64,000 nucleotides of DNA from contig JBGSUB010000022.1 of NCBI GenBank assembly GCA_041753535.1, forward strand, positions 28,768-92,767, given 5' to 3'. The position numbers were made by a program, and so were the translations under genes. The DNA is from Lentimicrobiaceae bacterium (lineage in GTDB: Bacteria > Bacteroidota > Bacteroidia > Bacteroidales > UBA4417). Shown in pieces: positions 9,180 to 19,441 of the stretch; positions within the stretch are counted from its first letter, which is position 1, and every line of letters begins with the position of its first letter. Below the pieces are notes generated by a model, which was given only the letters and a program-made list of their open reading frames with translations, searched no databases and was not told the origin of the DNA.

Positions 9180-10082
9180 ATGGCCATTACAAAATTAGAA
9201 CAAATGTTCGGTTTGCTGAAAAGCAAACCCAAAAGACGTCTTTCAGTTGCTTTTGCAAATGATCCGCACACCATCGAAGCTGTTTACTCGGCAGTCGAAA
9301 AAGGAATTGTTGATGCTACGCTTACCGGCGATGAAGCATTTATTAAACAAATCTGTGCAGAGCATCACATGGACGCCGGCAAGTTTGAAATACTCAACGA
9401 ACCCAACGAAGCCAAAGCCGCAACCCTGGCCGTTCAGCTTATTAACGAAGGTAAAGCCAACCTGCTTATGAAAGGATCGCTCAGTACTGATAAGTACATG
9501 AGGGCTATTTTAAACAAAACCACCGGTATCACCAACGAAGGAGCCGTTCTTTCACATGTTTCGGTAATGGAGTTTCCTTCGTATCCCAAACTGCTCACCA
9601 TTGCCGATGTAGCGATTATCCCACAGCCAGACCTGAAACAGAAGATCAAGATGATTGATTACCTGGTGAAAGTTTCGAAAGCAACCGGTGTAGAAAAACC
9701 AAAAGTAGCCGTTATTGCCGCTACCGAGCAAATGCTTGCCGGGATGCCTGCCTGTGTGGATGGCGCTATTCTTGCAAAAATGAGCGACCGCGGACAGATT
9801 GCAGGTTGTGTTGTCGATGGACCTCTTTCACTCGACGCAGCCATTGATATGGAATCGGTTCAGATTAAAAAAATTACAGGCCCTGTTGCCGGCGATGCCG
9901 ATTGCCTCCTTTTCCCGAATATCGAATCAGGCAATGTATTTTTCAAAGGCGGCACCAAATTAGCCGGAGCCGAACTGGCAGCTTACGTTGCAGGTGCGCG
10001 TGTGCCTTGTGTGCTTACTTCACGTGGCGACAGTGCCCTTACAAAAACCTATTCAATTGCTCTTGCAGCATTGATGGCGTAA
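9180..10082 (+). CDS. ptb: Phosphate butyryltransferase (PTA/PTB family)
   Basis: 300-aa ORF with full-length resemblance to phosphate acetyl/butyryl transferases. It lies immediately upstream of butyrate kinase. Confidence 0.8.
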   Translation: MAITKLEQMFGLLKSKPKRRLSVAFANDPHTIEAVYSAVEKGIVDATLTGDEAFIKQICAEHHMDAGKFEILNEPNEAKAATLAVQLINEGKANLLMKGSLSTDKYMRAILNKTTGITNEGAVLSHVSVMEFPSYPKLLTIADVAIIPQPDLKQKIKMIDYLVKVSKATGVEKPKVAVIAATEQMLAGMPACVDGAILAKMSDRGQIAGCVVDGPLSLDAAIDMESVQIKKITGPVAGDADCLLFPNIESGNVFFKGGTKLAGAELAAYVAGARVPCVLTSRGDSALTKTYSIALAALMA

Positions 10083-10258
10083 GTTTCGCTGGTTTTACTG
10101 CAAATTGATTATTTATACAGTGAAAAAGTTAATAGAAAATAGTTAATAGAAAATGGTGATGACCAAAGTTTAAATAACGCTGCTCATAGCCACTATTGAC
10201 CATTTTCCATTTTCTATTAACCCTGTCTACCGCCAGGCTGGCATTAACTACTTCAAAT

Positions 10259-11335
10259 ATGGAAGACTTTCGCATACTGGCAATCAATCCGGGTTCAACT
10301 TCAACAAAAATTGCGGTTTATCAGAATATGAACCCGATTTTCGTTAAGAATATTACGCATCCCAGCGAAGAGATTGCGCAATTTGAACATATTGCCGACC
10401 AGTTCCATTTCCGTAAGGAAATTATTTATAAGGAATTGGAAGAGGCTGAAATACAGCTTGATAAAATCCAGGCTGTTGTTGGCCGTGGAGGTATGCTGAA
10501 ACCTATTTCCTCCGGTGTTTACCTGGTCAACGAAGCCATGAAGCTGGATCTGCATGAACATCCCATAAAGGAACATGCCAGTAACCTTGGCGGCCTTATC
10601 GCCGATGAAATTGCGAATTCTCTTCCCAATGCAAAAGCTTATATTGCTGATCCCGTTGTTGTGGATGAACTTGACGATATTGCACGTGTTTCGGGACATC
10701 CGCTTTTTAAAAGAATTTCCATTTTTCATGCGCTGAACCAGAAAGCTATAGCACGCCAGCATGCAAAAAGTATCATGAAACGATACGAAGATCTTAACCT
10801 GATCGTGGTGCATATGGGCGGTGGGATAACTGCCGGGGCACATTATAAAGGACGGGTAATTGATGTAAACCAGGGCCTCGACGGGGAAGGCCCATTCTCC
10901 CCTGAACGCAGCGGGACCTTACCTACCGGCGACCTGGTGCGTTTCTGCTTCAGCGGGGAATATACCGAAAAGGAAATTGCAAAAATGGTAGTAGGAAGTG
11001 GCGGTATTGTTGCTCACCTTGGCACCAACAGCGCATATGAAGCGGAACAGGCTGCCCAAAACGGCGACCAGAAAGCAAAATTTATCCTCGAAGCCATGGC
11101 TTACCAGGTTGCCAAAAGCATTGGCTCTATGGTGCCGGTACTGAAAGGAGAAGTAGATGCAATTTTACTCACCGGCGGAGTGGCCCACAGCAAATGGATC
11201 ACCAATATGATTATCGAAAGAGTTTATAAATTTGCGCCTGTGTATATTTATCCGGGTGAAGACGAAATGCGGGCTCTTGCCTTTAACGGGCTGATGGTGT
11301 TGAAGGGCGAAGTGGAAGTGAAAGAGTATATTTGA
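10259..11335 (+). CDS. buk: Butyrate kinase
   Basis: The N-terminus MEDFRILAINPGSTSTKIAVY carries the acetate/butyrate kinase ASKHA motif. The ATG at 10259 was chosen because the 21 upstream codons of the long ORF lie inside a palindromic intergenic repeat. Confidence 0.85.
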   Translation: MEDFRILAINPGSTSTKIAVYQNMNPIFVKNITHPSEEIAQFEHIADQFHFRKEIIYKELEEAEIQLDKIQAVVGRGGMLKPISSGVYLVNEAMKLDLHEHPIKEHASNLGGLIADEIANSLPNAKAYIADPVVVDELDDIARVSGHPLFKRISIFHALNQKAIARQHAKSIMKRYEDLNLIVVHMGGGITAGAHYKGRVIDVNQGLDGEGPFSPERSGTLPTGDLVRFCFSGEYTEKEIAKMVVGSGGIVAHLGTNSAYEAEQAAQNGDQKAKFILEAMAYQVAKSIGSMVPVLKGEVDAILLTGGVAHSKWITNMIIERVYKFAPVYIYPGEDEMRALAFNGLMVLKGEVEVKEYI

Positions 11336-11395
11336 AAATAGTTAATGGAAAATGGGTAATGGAAAATGGGTTAGCGAACTATTTTCTATTTTCGA

Positions 11396-11983
11396 TTAAC
11401 TATTAACTCTCCTTGCAACTAACTCCGAAATAACAGAGGGGAAATGCTCATATTCCAGTTCGTGTATTTTCGCTGCGAGCATTTCGGGCGTATCTTCCTT
11501 TCCGATTGGGCATTTTGCCTGAAAAACAATATCCCCTTCATCGTATTTTTCGTTCACATAATGAATGGTAATGCCGCTTTGTATATCTCCAGCCGCAATC
11601 ACTGCTTCATGAACTTTCATGCCATACATACCTTTTCCGCCATACGAAGGCAATAAAGCAGGATGTATATTAATGATCCTTTGCGGAAATGATTTTAAAA
11701 TATAGCCGGGAATCAACCATAGAAATCCAGCCAGTACGATCCAGTCAATTTGCCTCGATCTCAGGTCATCAAGTACTGAAGTACTATTATAAAATGTATC
11801 CCTGTTAAACAATACAGCCGGAATACCAAGTAGTCTTGCACGTTCAAGAACGTATGCATCAGGGTTATTGCAATAAATTACAGAGACTTCCGCCACGCCG
11901 GACCCTGAAAAATATTCGGCTATTCGCTGTGCATTGCTGCCGCTGCCCGAAGCAAAAACCGCGATCCTGGGTGATGTTTTCAT
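11396..11983 (-). CDS. purN: Phosphoribosylglycinamide formyltransferase
   Basis: Motifs RIAVFASGSGSN and INIHPALLPSYGGKGMYG are present. The internal ATG at 11983 is preferred over the ORF start at 12013. The last codons overlap an intergenic word repeat. Confidence 0.85.
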   Translation of the reverse strand: MKTSPRIAVFASGSGSNAQRIAEYFSGSGVAEVSVIYCNNPDAYVLERARLLGIPAVLFNRDTFYNSTSVLDDLRSRQIDWIVLAGFLWLIPGYILKSFPQRIINIHPALLPSYGGKGMYGMKVHEAVIAAGDIQSGITIHYVNEKYDEGDIVFQAKCPIGKEDTPEMLAAKIHELEYEHFPSVISELVARRVNS

Positions 11984-12289
11984 AGCCTGCCTGCAATTAA
12001 AAGAGGAATTCATGGTTCAAAGGGAATTTTCCAGCATTAATTCAAGTCTGGTTTATTCACATCAAAATAACAAAATCCGGCTGACATAATCCGGATTTAA
12101 CCGGATAATGTGTTTAAAAAAGTTGAATTCCGAAACTACCTTATGAATGAAAATAAATTCCGGAAATACCTATGTAATTCATTTTAAATTAATTAAATAC
12201 ATTAACCTTAAAATAATAACGGTAATTATTGTTTTATCGGCTAAATTGTTATTTCTTTGCAGCCTAAAACCAATTAAAGCGTAACAACA

Positions 12290-12526
12290 ATGTCCGACAT
12301 TGCAACAAGAGTAAAAGCTATCATCGTTGATAAGCTGGGAGTAGATGAAAAAGAAGTAAACCCTGCAGCAAGTTTCACCAACGACCTGGGTGCCGATTCA
12401 TTGGACACCGTTGAACTGATCATGGAATTCGAAAAGGAATTCAACATTGCTATTCCTGACGATCAGGCTGAGAAAATCAGTACAGTAGGTGATGCTATCA
12501 CTTACCTCGAAAGTAACGCGAAATAA
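12290..12526 (+). CDS. acpP: Acyl carrier protein
   Basis: 78 aa with the phosphopantetheine attachment motif [15 protein letters not shown]. Confidence 0.95.
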   Translation: MSDIATRVKAIIVDKLGVDEKEVNPAASFTNDLGADSLDTVELIMEFEKEFNIAIPDDQAEKISTVGDAITYLESNAK

Positions 12527-12540
12527 GTAAAACTCATTCG

Positions 12541-13794
12541 ATGAAGTTAAGGCGAGTAGTAGTTACCGGCCTTGGCGCACTGACTCCGTTAGGCAATACA
12601 GCTCCGGAATACTGGAGTGGTTTGGTTAATGGAGTTAGTGGTGCTGGCCCTATCACACATTTTGACTCCAGCAAATTCAAAACGCAGTTTGCCTGTGAAG
12701 TCAAGAATTTTGATGCGTTAAATTTCTTCGACCGGAAAGAAGTCAGGAAATTTGATCCTTTTACGCTTTATGGTATGATTTGTGCTGACGAAGCTGTCAA
12801 AGACGCAGGCCTCAACAGTGACAAACTGGATCCGGATCGTATTGGCGTAATCTGGGCTTCCGGAATCGGAGGTATGACCACTATTTTCGATGAAATTTCA
12901 GGTTTTGCCGCAGGCGACGGAACACCACGTTTCAGCCCGCTTATGATCCCTAAAATGATAGCCGATATTGCTGCCGGTCAGATTTCGATCCGCTATGGGT
13001 TCAGAGGGCCAAATTTTGCAACGGTTTCGGCTTGCGCATCTTCGGCCAACGCTTTAATAGATGCTTTCAACTATATCCGGCTCGGAATGGCTGACGCATT
13101 TGTTACAGGTGGTTCAGAAGCAGCTATCAATGTAGCCGGCGTTGGAGGTTTTAATGCAATGCATGCAATCTCAACACGTAACGATGACCCTAAAACAGCC
13201 TCCCGCCCTTTCGATAAGGACCGTGATGGATTTGTAATCGGTGAAGGCGGTGGTGCGCTTATATTCGAAGATATGGAACACGCCCTCGCCCGCGGAGCTA
13301 AAATATACGCCGAAGTTGCAGGGGCAGGCCTTAGTGCCGACGCATACCACATAACCGCTCCACACCCTGAAGGTTTGGGCGCGATGAATGCCATGCGTTC
13401 AGCTCTTCGTGATGCCGGTATGACATCAGACGATATTGATCACGTAAATACCCACGGAACATCAACTCCTCTCGGAGATATTGCTGAAACCACTGCTTTA
13501 GCCAGGTTGTTTGGCGAACATTCATCAAAAGTGTATGTTAACTCAACCAAATCAATGACCGGTCACCTTCTGGGTGCAGCCGGTGCTGTTGAAGCTATGG
13601 CGTCAATTTTTGCAGTTCAGCATGATATCATTCCTCCTACAATCAATCATTTTACTGATGATCCGGAAGTTGATCAATCACTCACCTATGTATTTAATAC
13701 AGCAATACACACAACTGTTAACACTGCTTTAAGCAATACTTTCGGTTTCGGTGGGCATAACGCTACGCTTATTTTTAAGAAATTCGTGAAATAG
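12541..13794 (+). CDS. fabF: Beta-ketoacyl-ACP synthase II
   Basis: 417 aa. It has the active-site context SACASSANA, the histidines in HGTSTPLGD and GHLLGAAG, and the C-terminal FGFGGHNATL. Confidence 0.95.
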   Translation: MKLRRVVVTGLGALTPLGNTAPEYWSGLVNGVSGAGPITHFDSSKFKTQFACEVKNFDALNFFDRKEVRKFDPFTLYGMICADEAVKDAGLNSDKLDPDRIGVIWASGIGGMTTIFDEISGFAAGDGTPRFSPLMIPKMIADIAAGQISIRYGFRGPNFATVSACASSANALIDAFNYIRLGMADAFVTGGSEAAINVAGVGGFNAMHAISTRNDDPKTASRPFDKDRDGFVIGEGGGALIFEDMEHALARGAKIYAEVAGAGLSADAYHITAPHPEGLGAMNAMRSALRDAGMTSDDIDHVNTHGTSTPLGDIAETTALARLFGEHSSKVYVNSTKSMTGHLLGAAGAVEAMASIFAVQHDIIPPTINHFTDDPEVDQSLTYVFNTAIHTTVNTALSNTFGFGGHNATLIFKKFVK

Positions 13795-13796
13795 CT

Positions 13797-14531
13797 TTGA
13801 CTTTCGACGTCATAAAACCAATCAGGGTATTTCTCTCTGACGACAAACAACTTTTCGTAGCATTAAAAAATATTTTCGGGTATTATCCCGGAAATATTTT
13901 TTTGTATAAGCTGGCATTCCGTCATAAATCTCAGGCCATTGAATTAAACAACGGAAACCGGATCAGTAACGAAAGACTCGAATACCTGGGGGATGCAATT
14001 CTGAGCGCGATAGTTGCCGATCATCTTTTCAAAATGTTTCCTTATAAAGATGAAGGTTTCCTTACGGAAATGCGATCGCGTATCGTAAGCAGGGCACAGT
14101 TAAATAAACTCTCACAGAAACTTGGTATCGATACACTGATAACAGTAAACACCGATAATAACAATGTTTACCGGTCGATGAAAGGCGATGCTTTCGAGGC
14201 TCTGATAGGCGCAATATACTTAGACAAAGGCTATAATTTTACCCGGCAGATCATCATCGAAAAAATTATCAGGCAACATTTCGACCTGCAGGAACTTGAG
14301 GACAATGATACCAACTACAAGAGCCGGATCATAGAATGGTCGCAGCGCGAAAAACGGGTTGTGGAATTCGTGATCCTCAATGAAGTCGGTCATGGTTACA
14401 ATAAGCAATATGTTGTGGATGTTCTCGTTGACAAGATTTCCTTAGGTAAAGGACGCGATTATTCCATTAAGGGAGCCGAGCAGGATGCGGCAATGAAGGC
14501 TTTGTTGCAGCTTGAAAGCGAGAGGTCTTAG
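13797..14531 (+). CDS. rnc: Ribonuclease III
   Basis: RNase III signature NERLEYLGDAIL plus a C-terminal dsRBD-like region. The ORF starts at TTG 13797, and there is no nearby in-frame ATG. Confidence 0.85.
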   Translation: MTFDVIKPIRVFLSDDKQLFVALKNIFGYYPGNIFLYKLAFRHKSQAIELNNGNRISNERLEYLGDAILSAIVADHLFKMFPYKDEGFLTEMRSRIVSRAQLNKLSQKLGIDTLITVNTDNNNVYRSMKGDAFEALIGAIYLDKGYNFTRQIIIEKIIRQHFDLQELEDNDTNYKSRIIEWSQREKRVVEFVILNEVGHGYNKQYVVDVLVDKISLGKGRDYSIKGAEQDAAMKALLQLESERS

Positions 14532-14642
14532 ATGGATAAGATCTTCTTTTCATCCCTATTTTAAACCGTTTACTACAAATGGTTTATTTTTGTATAAATT
14601 AATTCCGGTTTCCCCCTCCAGGTATTTCAGCATATTTTCTAA

Positions 14643-15560
14643 ATGAGCAGTCACAGTTCGAACAAAGCTATAATTTTTGCATTGGCAGGCAACCTGCTGA
14701 TCGCTATCATAAAATATATAGTAGCCTTTATCACCGGCAGTGCTGCCATGCTTGCCGAGTCGATACATTCCACCGCCGACAGTTTTAACCAGGTTTTACT
14801 GCTTGTAGGCCACAAGAGGGCTAAAAAATCGGCAAACGAAATGCACAGTTTCGGGTATTCAAACGAAGTTTTTTTCTGGTCGCTGATGGTGGCAGTGCTG
14901 CTCTTTTTTGTCGGAGCCATGTTTTCCATTTACGAAGGAGTGCATAAGGTAATGCATCCCGAAAAACTTAGCAGCGTTTACTGGATTTATGCCGTGCTTA
15001 TCAGTTCAATTGTAATTGAAGCCAAATCCTTCCAGGTGGCGTTCTCGGAATTCCGCAAAACCACCAAGCTTCCCTTTTTTGCCGCTGTTCGGGCTTCAAC
15101 ACATGTAAGCCTGGTTGTAGTTGTGCTTGAGGATTCCGCCGCAATGGCCGGACTGATTATTGTTCTTATTTCCACTACTTTAGCCTGGCTGGTTCACCCG
15201 GTTTTTGATGCCATTGGAAGTATAACGGTTGGTATTCTGCTTCTTGCGGTTTCAATTTTGCTGATAGCAGAAGTCAAAAACCTGATAGTGGGCGAAAGTA
15301 TGCCACGTGAGAGCAGGCAGGCTATGAGGAATATTATTCATAAATTCAGGCAGGTAAGTCATATAAACCGCCTTCAGACGATGGTTATGGGTGATAGTCA
15401 GTACCTGGTTTTGTTATCCGTTGATATAAACAATGAGATGAAGGGCTCCGATGCAGAAGATATGATTGAACAGCTAAAACTAAACCTTAAAAAAGAAATT
15501 CCTGAAATAGGTACTATTTACATTGAAATTCAGGATTCAACCAGAAACAATAAAATCTGA
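14643..15560 (+). CDS. Cation diffusion facilitator family transporter
   Basis: Six predicted TM segments. CDF hallmark GSAAMLAESIHSTADSFNQ in TM2 and HSFGY..E in the loop, plus a C-terminal cytoplasmic domain. Confidence 0.8.
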   Translation: MSSHSSNKAIIFALAGNLLIAIIKYIVAFITGSAAMLAESIHSTADSFNQVLLLVGHKRAKKSANEMHSFGYSNEVFFWSLMVAVLLFFVGAMFSIYEGVHKVMHPEKLSSVYWIYAVLISSIVIEAKSFQVAFSEFRKTTKLPFFAAVRASTHVSLVVVVLEDSAAMAGLIIVLISTTLAWLVHPVFDAIGSITVGILLLAVSILLIAEVKNLIVGESMPRESRQAMRNIIHKFRQVSHINRLQTMVMGDSQYLVLLSVDINNEMKGSDAEDMIEQLKLNLKKEIPEIGTIYIEIQDSTRNNKI

Positions 15561-15707
15561 TCCGGACGTTCAATACTCCGGTAGGTTTTTCAACGCAATG
15601 ACGCAAAGATTTAAAACACAGATTATCAGCATATCAGGGCACAAAGGGCGGATTTATATATTGCTGAAAATGTGATTGTTAAAAATTATTAATGAACTTT
15701 TGTACTT

Positions 15708-17135
15708 ATGAAAACAAAAATTGTTGCTACTGTTGGACCGGCTTGTTCGAGCCGTGAAATGTTACAGAAACTTATTAAAGCCGGTGTGGATGTTTTCCGG
15801 CTGAATTTTTCGCATGGTAATTACACGGATCACCTGGCAGTAATTGAGCATGTAAATTCGCTGAATGAAGAACTCGGAACACATATTGCCCTGCTTGGCG
15901 ATTTGCAAGGCCCAAAAATACGTATCGGTGCTTTCGAGAACAAGGAAGCAATGATGCCCGACGGACACGAACTTGTGTTTACAACCCACGAATGCGCTTG
16001 TACTGCCGACAGATTATACATCACCTATCCTGAATTCGCACGCGATGTAAAAGCCGGTGAGGATTTGCTGCTCGACGACGGCAAGCTGCTTTTCAGAGTT
16101 ATTTCGACTAATGGAATTGATGAAGTAAAAGCAAAAGTGATTCATGGCGGAATCCTCTCCGGGAAAAAAGGCGTAAACCTGCCAAATACGAATGTCTCAT
16201 TGCCCTCATTAACCGAAAAAGATAAGCGCGATCTGGCATTTATCCTTGAGCATAAGCTTAATTGGATCGCTTTGTCTTTCGTGCGTAAAGCAGATGATAT
16301 CAGGCACCTCCGGTCGACAATAACTGAATTGGGAATTAACGAAAATATTCCCGGTATCATTGCAAAAATAGAAAAACCTGATGCCGTGAAAAATATGGAT
16401 GAGATCATTGCCGAAGCGGATGGCTTAATGGTTGCCCGCGGTGACCTTGGTGTTGAACTTCCGCTACAGGAAGTGCCTTTGGTGCAGAAAAAACTGATTC
16501 GCAAATGCAACCAGGTTTCGAAACCGATAATTGTAGCAACCCAAATGATGGAAGGTATGATCAGCAACATCAGGCCTACCCGTGCCGAAGTAAATGATGT
16601 AGCCAACTCGGTACTTGATGGTGCCGATGCTGTGATGCTGAGCGGTGAAACTTCTGTCGGCCTTTACCCCGAAGCGGTTGTTGAAACCATGCAGAAAATT
16701 ATCTGGGAAGTGGAGCAAACTGAAGAGATTTACAATAAACCTCATTTTGCAAATTGTGCCGATAAGGAAAGAGTTATTTCTGATTCTGTTCTTTCAGCCG
16801 CATGTAATCTTGCGATCGAATCGAATGCGCATGCGATTATTTCCATGACCATAACCGGCTATTCGGCACAGCGAATCAGCAGCCAGCGGCCGAAACAGGA
16901 TATTTTCATCTTCACCGGGAACCATTTTTTACTCTGCAAGCTCAACCTGGTATGGGGTATCAAAGGATTTTACTTCGATAAAATTGTGTCGTCAACCAGC
17001 AAAACATTTAAAGCCATTACTGAACAACTGATAGCCGAGGGCCGCATAAGAAAAGGCGACTTGCTGATAAAAGTTGCGAGTACTCCGATATACGTAGCGG
17101 GGCAGACGAACACATTGAAACTGGAATATGCTTAA
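15708..17135 (+). CDS. pyk: Pyruvate kinase
   Basis: Motifs MKTKIVATVGPA, FRLNFSHG, MVARGDLGVELP and MLSGETS. Confidence 0.95.
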   Translation: MKTKIVATVGPACSSREMLQKLIKAGVDVFRLNFSHGNYTDHLAVIEHVNSLNEELGTHIALLGDLQGPKIRIGAFENKEAMMPDGHELVFTTHECACTADRLYITYPEFARDVKAGEDLLLDDGKLLFRVISTNGIDEVKAKVIHGGILSGKKGVNLPNTNVSLPSLTEKDKRDLAFILEHKLNWIALSFVRKADDIRHLRSTITELGINENIPGIIAKIEKPDAVKNMDEIIAEADGLMVARGDLGVELPLQEVPLVQKKLIRKCNQVSKPIIVATQMMEGMISNIRPTRAEVNDVANSVLDGADAVMLSGETSVGLYPEAVVETMQKIIWEVEQTEEIYNKPHFANCADKERVISDSVLSAACNLAIESNAHAIISMTITGYSAQRISSQRPKQDIFIFTGNHFLLCKLNLVWGIKGFYFDKIVSSTSKTFKAITEQLIAEGRIRKGDLLIKVASTPIYVAGQTNTLKLEYA

Positions 17136-17204
17136 TATACAGTAAATCCTGATTCTGACTGTGCTTTCCCGAAACCTGAACCCAAAACCCTAATCCCCGA
17201 AAAA

Positions 17205-17708
17205 ATGCCCCGTAAATCACGTCTCGAACCCGCGTTTCAACAGGCAGATGCTTTTATTGGTATTGCGACCAACTTAACTATAATACAGCTGGTTCATTTT
17301 ATAAACCGTGAAACATTATTGAACCTGGTGCGTGAAGAGGATTTGCCGGTTTATAATGAAAAAACGGAGAGCTTGAATTCTTTTAAATTTTTCCATTACG
17401 ACGACGACGATTACCGGAGCGATTTCTGCCTTGTAAACAACAGCAATGAAGGGATATATCTTTTGCCCGCACATAAAGAGTTTGTCTATTTCCTTGTAAT
17501 ACATGGAGCCATTCCGGATGAAAAAGTGAAACAGCTTGTTTCTAAAATAAAATCTATTGGCGGCGTTCAACTGGCCGCAGTAATCGGACAGGAACCGATT
17601 AAAACACTCGGCTCAATACTACAGGACCTTGAATTACACCTTACCGATCTAAAAAGGGAGAAAGCCGAAAGGATCAAACGAATTATGCCTTCAGCCGAAA
17701 ACCAATGA
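17205..17708 (+). CDS. Hypothetical protein (possibly the Bacteroidota IPExxxVDY-type family)
   Basis: 167-aa ORF with no recognisable catalytic motif. Its stop overlaps the next start (ATGA at 17705..17708). Confidence 0.4.
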   Translation: MPRKSRLEPAFQQADAFIGIATNLTIIQLVHFINRETLLNLVREEDLPVYNEKTESLNSFKFFHYDDDDYRSDFCLVNNSNEGIYLLPAHKEFVYFLVIHGAIPDEKVKQLVSKIKSIGGVQLAAVIGQEPIKTLGSILQDLELHLTDLKREKAERIKRIMPSAENQ

Positions 17709-18133
17709 AAGGGAAAATACTTGTAACCATACAGTTTACTTGCATCATTCTGCTTGCAATATTCACCAACTGGCTGTCTCTCCCCTTGTGGGCCATATTA
17801 TTGCTGGCAATTTCAGGTTTCCTTGCCTTTTGGGCCATGGCTGTAATGAGGCTTGGAAATTTTAACGTGGTTCCGACTCCTGTGGAAAAAGGTCTTTTGG
17901 TTACACGAGGCCCTTATAAAGTGATCCGGCACCCGATGTATACGTCAATTTTTATATTTGCTCTGGTTTTGCTGGCAAGTCAGTTTGATTATAAAAAACT
18001 AATCATAAGCCTTGTGTTGATTGCCGGATTGATAGTAAAAATGAAATATGAAGAAGGTTTGCTATGCATGCATTTTCCTGAATACCAATCCTATATGCAG
18101 AAGACAAAAAGAGTTATGCCGTTTTTGTGGTGA
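17705..18133 (+). CDS. Isoprenylcysteine carboxyl methyltransferase (ICMT/PEMT)-family membrane methyltransferase
   Basis: 142 aa, multi-TM. It has the TRGPYKVIRHPMYTS motif characteristic of the ICMT/phospholipid methyltransferase family. Confidence 0.7.
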   Translation: MKGKILVTIQFTCIILLAIFTNWLSLPLWAILLLAISGFLAFWAMAVMRLGNFNVVPTPVEKGLLVTRGPYKVIRHPMYTSIFIFALVLLASQFDYKKLIISLVLIAGLIVKMKYEEGLLCMHFPEYQSYMQKTKRVMPFLW

Positions 18134-18238
18134 AGAATAGACAATAAAGTATAAGAAGGCGAAAAAACCGACAACCACGTTCCAACATTCTCAATTTTTC
18201 TCCTTGTCTCCCCATCTCCCCTTCACCCCTACTCAATC

Positions 18239-19261
18239 CTACCCTGCTGACTCAAACTGCTTTAAAAACCTCAAATCGTTTTCGCTAAACATGCGTAAAT
18301 CTTTCACCTGGAATTTGAGGTTAGTGATACGCTCAATACCCATTCCGAAGGCATAACCGGAATATTCTTTGCTGTCGATGCCGCAGTTTTCGAGAACTGC
18401 CGGGTCAACCATACCACAACCCAATATTTCGACCCATCCGGTATATTTACAGAAACCGCAGCCTTTACCTCCGCATAAGTTGCACGAAATATCCATTTCG
18501 GCCGAGGGTTCGGTGAACGGGAAATAAGATGGCCGCAACCTGATTTGTGTGTCGGGGGCGAACATTTCGCGGGAGAAATATAACAAGGTCTGTTTCAAAT
18601 CAGCGAAGGAAACATTGCGGTCGATATACAAACCTTCAACCTGGTGGAAGAAGCAATGCGCACGTGCCGAAATAGCTTCGTTGCGGAAAACGCGACCGGG
18701 GAAAATAGCGCGGATAGGCGGTTTCGTATTTTCCATTACCCGAATCTGAACGCTTGAAGTATGCGTACGAAGCGCTATATCCGGATCTTTCTCAATGAAA
18801 AAAGTATCCTGCATATCGCGGGCCGGGTGTTCGGGCGGGAAATTAAGCGCCGAGAAATTGTGCCAGTCATCTTCAATTTCGGGGCCTTCGTTTACTGTGA
18901 AACCGAGGCGGGTAAATATGCTGATCATTTCGTTGCGCACGATGGAAAGCGGATGGCGGGTTCCGGGTTCGCGGAAACCAGCGGGTTTGGTGAGATCATT
19001 ATCAGTATCCCGTGATGAAGTACCGCTTTCAAAAGCCTCTTTGAATTGTTCAACTTTATCCTGAGCTGCATTTTTCAGTACATTCAGCAGTTGGCCCACA
19101 TCACGTTTCTGATCACCCGGAAGTTCCTTAAAGGCATCGAACAAATCCTGCAAAAGTCCTTTACGGCCCAGAAAACGGATACGGAACTGCTCCAACTGGT
19201 CAGCACTCTGAGCTTCGAATTGCTTTACTTCTTCGAGTAACTGGTTGATTTTCTCTTTCAT
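18239..19261 (-). CDS. pheS: Phenylalanine--tRNA ligase alpha subunit
   Basis: 340 aa with class II aaRS motifs (FPFTEPSAEMD, AFGMGIERI) and an N-terminal coiled-coil. Confidence 0.95.
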   Translation of the reverse strand: MKEKINQLLEEVKQFEAQSADQLEQFRIRFLGRKGLLQDLFDAFKELPGDQKRDVGQLLNVLKNAAQDKVEQFKEAFESGTSSRDTDNDLTKPAGFREPGTRHPLSIVRNEMISIFTRLGFTVNEGPEIEDDWHNFSALNFPPEHPARDMQDTFFIEKDPDIALRTHTSSVQIRVMENTKPPIRAIFPGRVFRNEAISARAHCFFHQVEGLYIDRNVSFADLKQTLLYFSREMFAPDTQIRLRPSYFPFTEPSAEMDISCNLCGGKGCGFCKYTGWVEILGCGMVDPAVLENCGIDSKEYSGYAFGMGIERITNLKFQVKDLRMFSENDLRFLKQFESAG

Positions 19262-19384
19262 ACGCTATAAAATAAAAATACAGCACTTAAAGTACCGAAG
19301 TGCAAAGGTCGGGAAAAAGTTTAGTTTTTTCTATATTATGACACTCATATAACCGGAAACAAAAGAAATCCAGATCCGGAGAAT

Positions 19385-19420
19385 AAAAAAGGACCTGGAT
19401 AATATCTCCAGATCCTTTTT
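19385..19420 (-). terminator. Rho-independent terminator candidate downstream of the cyclophilin gene
   Basis: Stem ggacctgga / tccagatcc (one mismatch) with a 7 nt loop, flanked by A6 and T5 runs. On the minus strand the hairpin is followed by a U-run. Confidence 0.5.
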
Positions 19421-19441
19421 CAATTACTTGACAATTGCGCC

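Noticed and set aside
10196-10258. Longer N-terminus for butyrate kinase (and similarly 26374 for NUDIX, 46560 for the VOC gene, 22940 for tdk, 29550 for the lipoprotein, 42865 for leuS and 39170 for the small protein)
   Set aside because: The extensions run through palindromic or word-repeat intergenic DNA, or use non-ATG starts. The conserved family N-termini begin at the internal ATGs.
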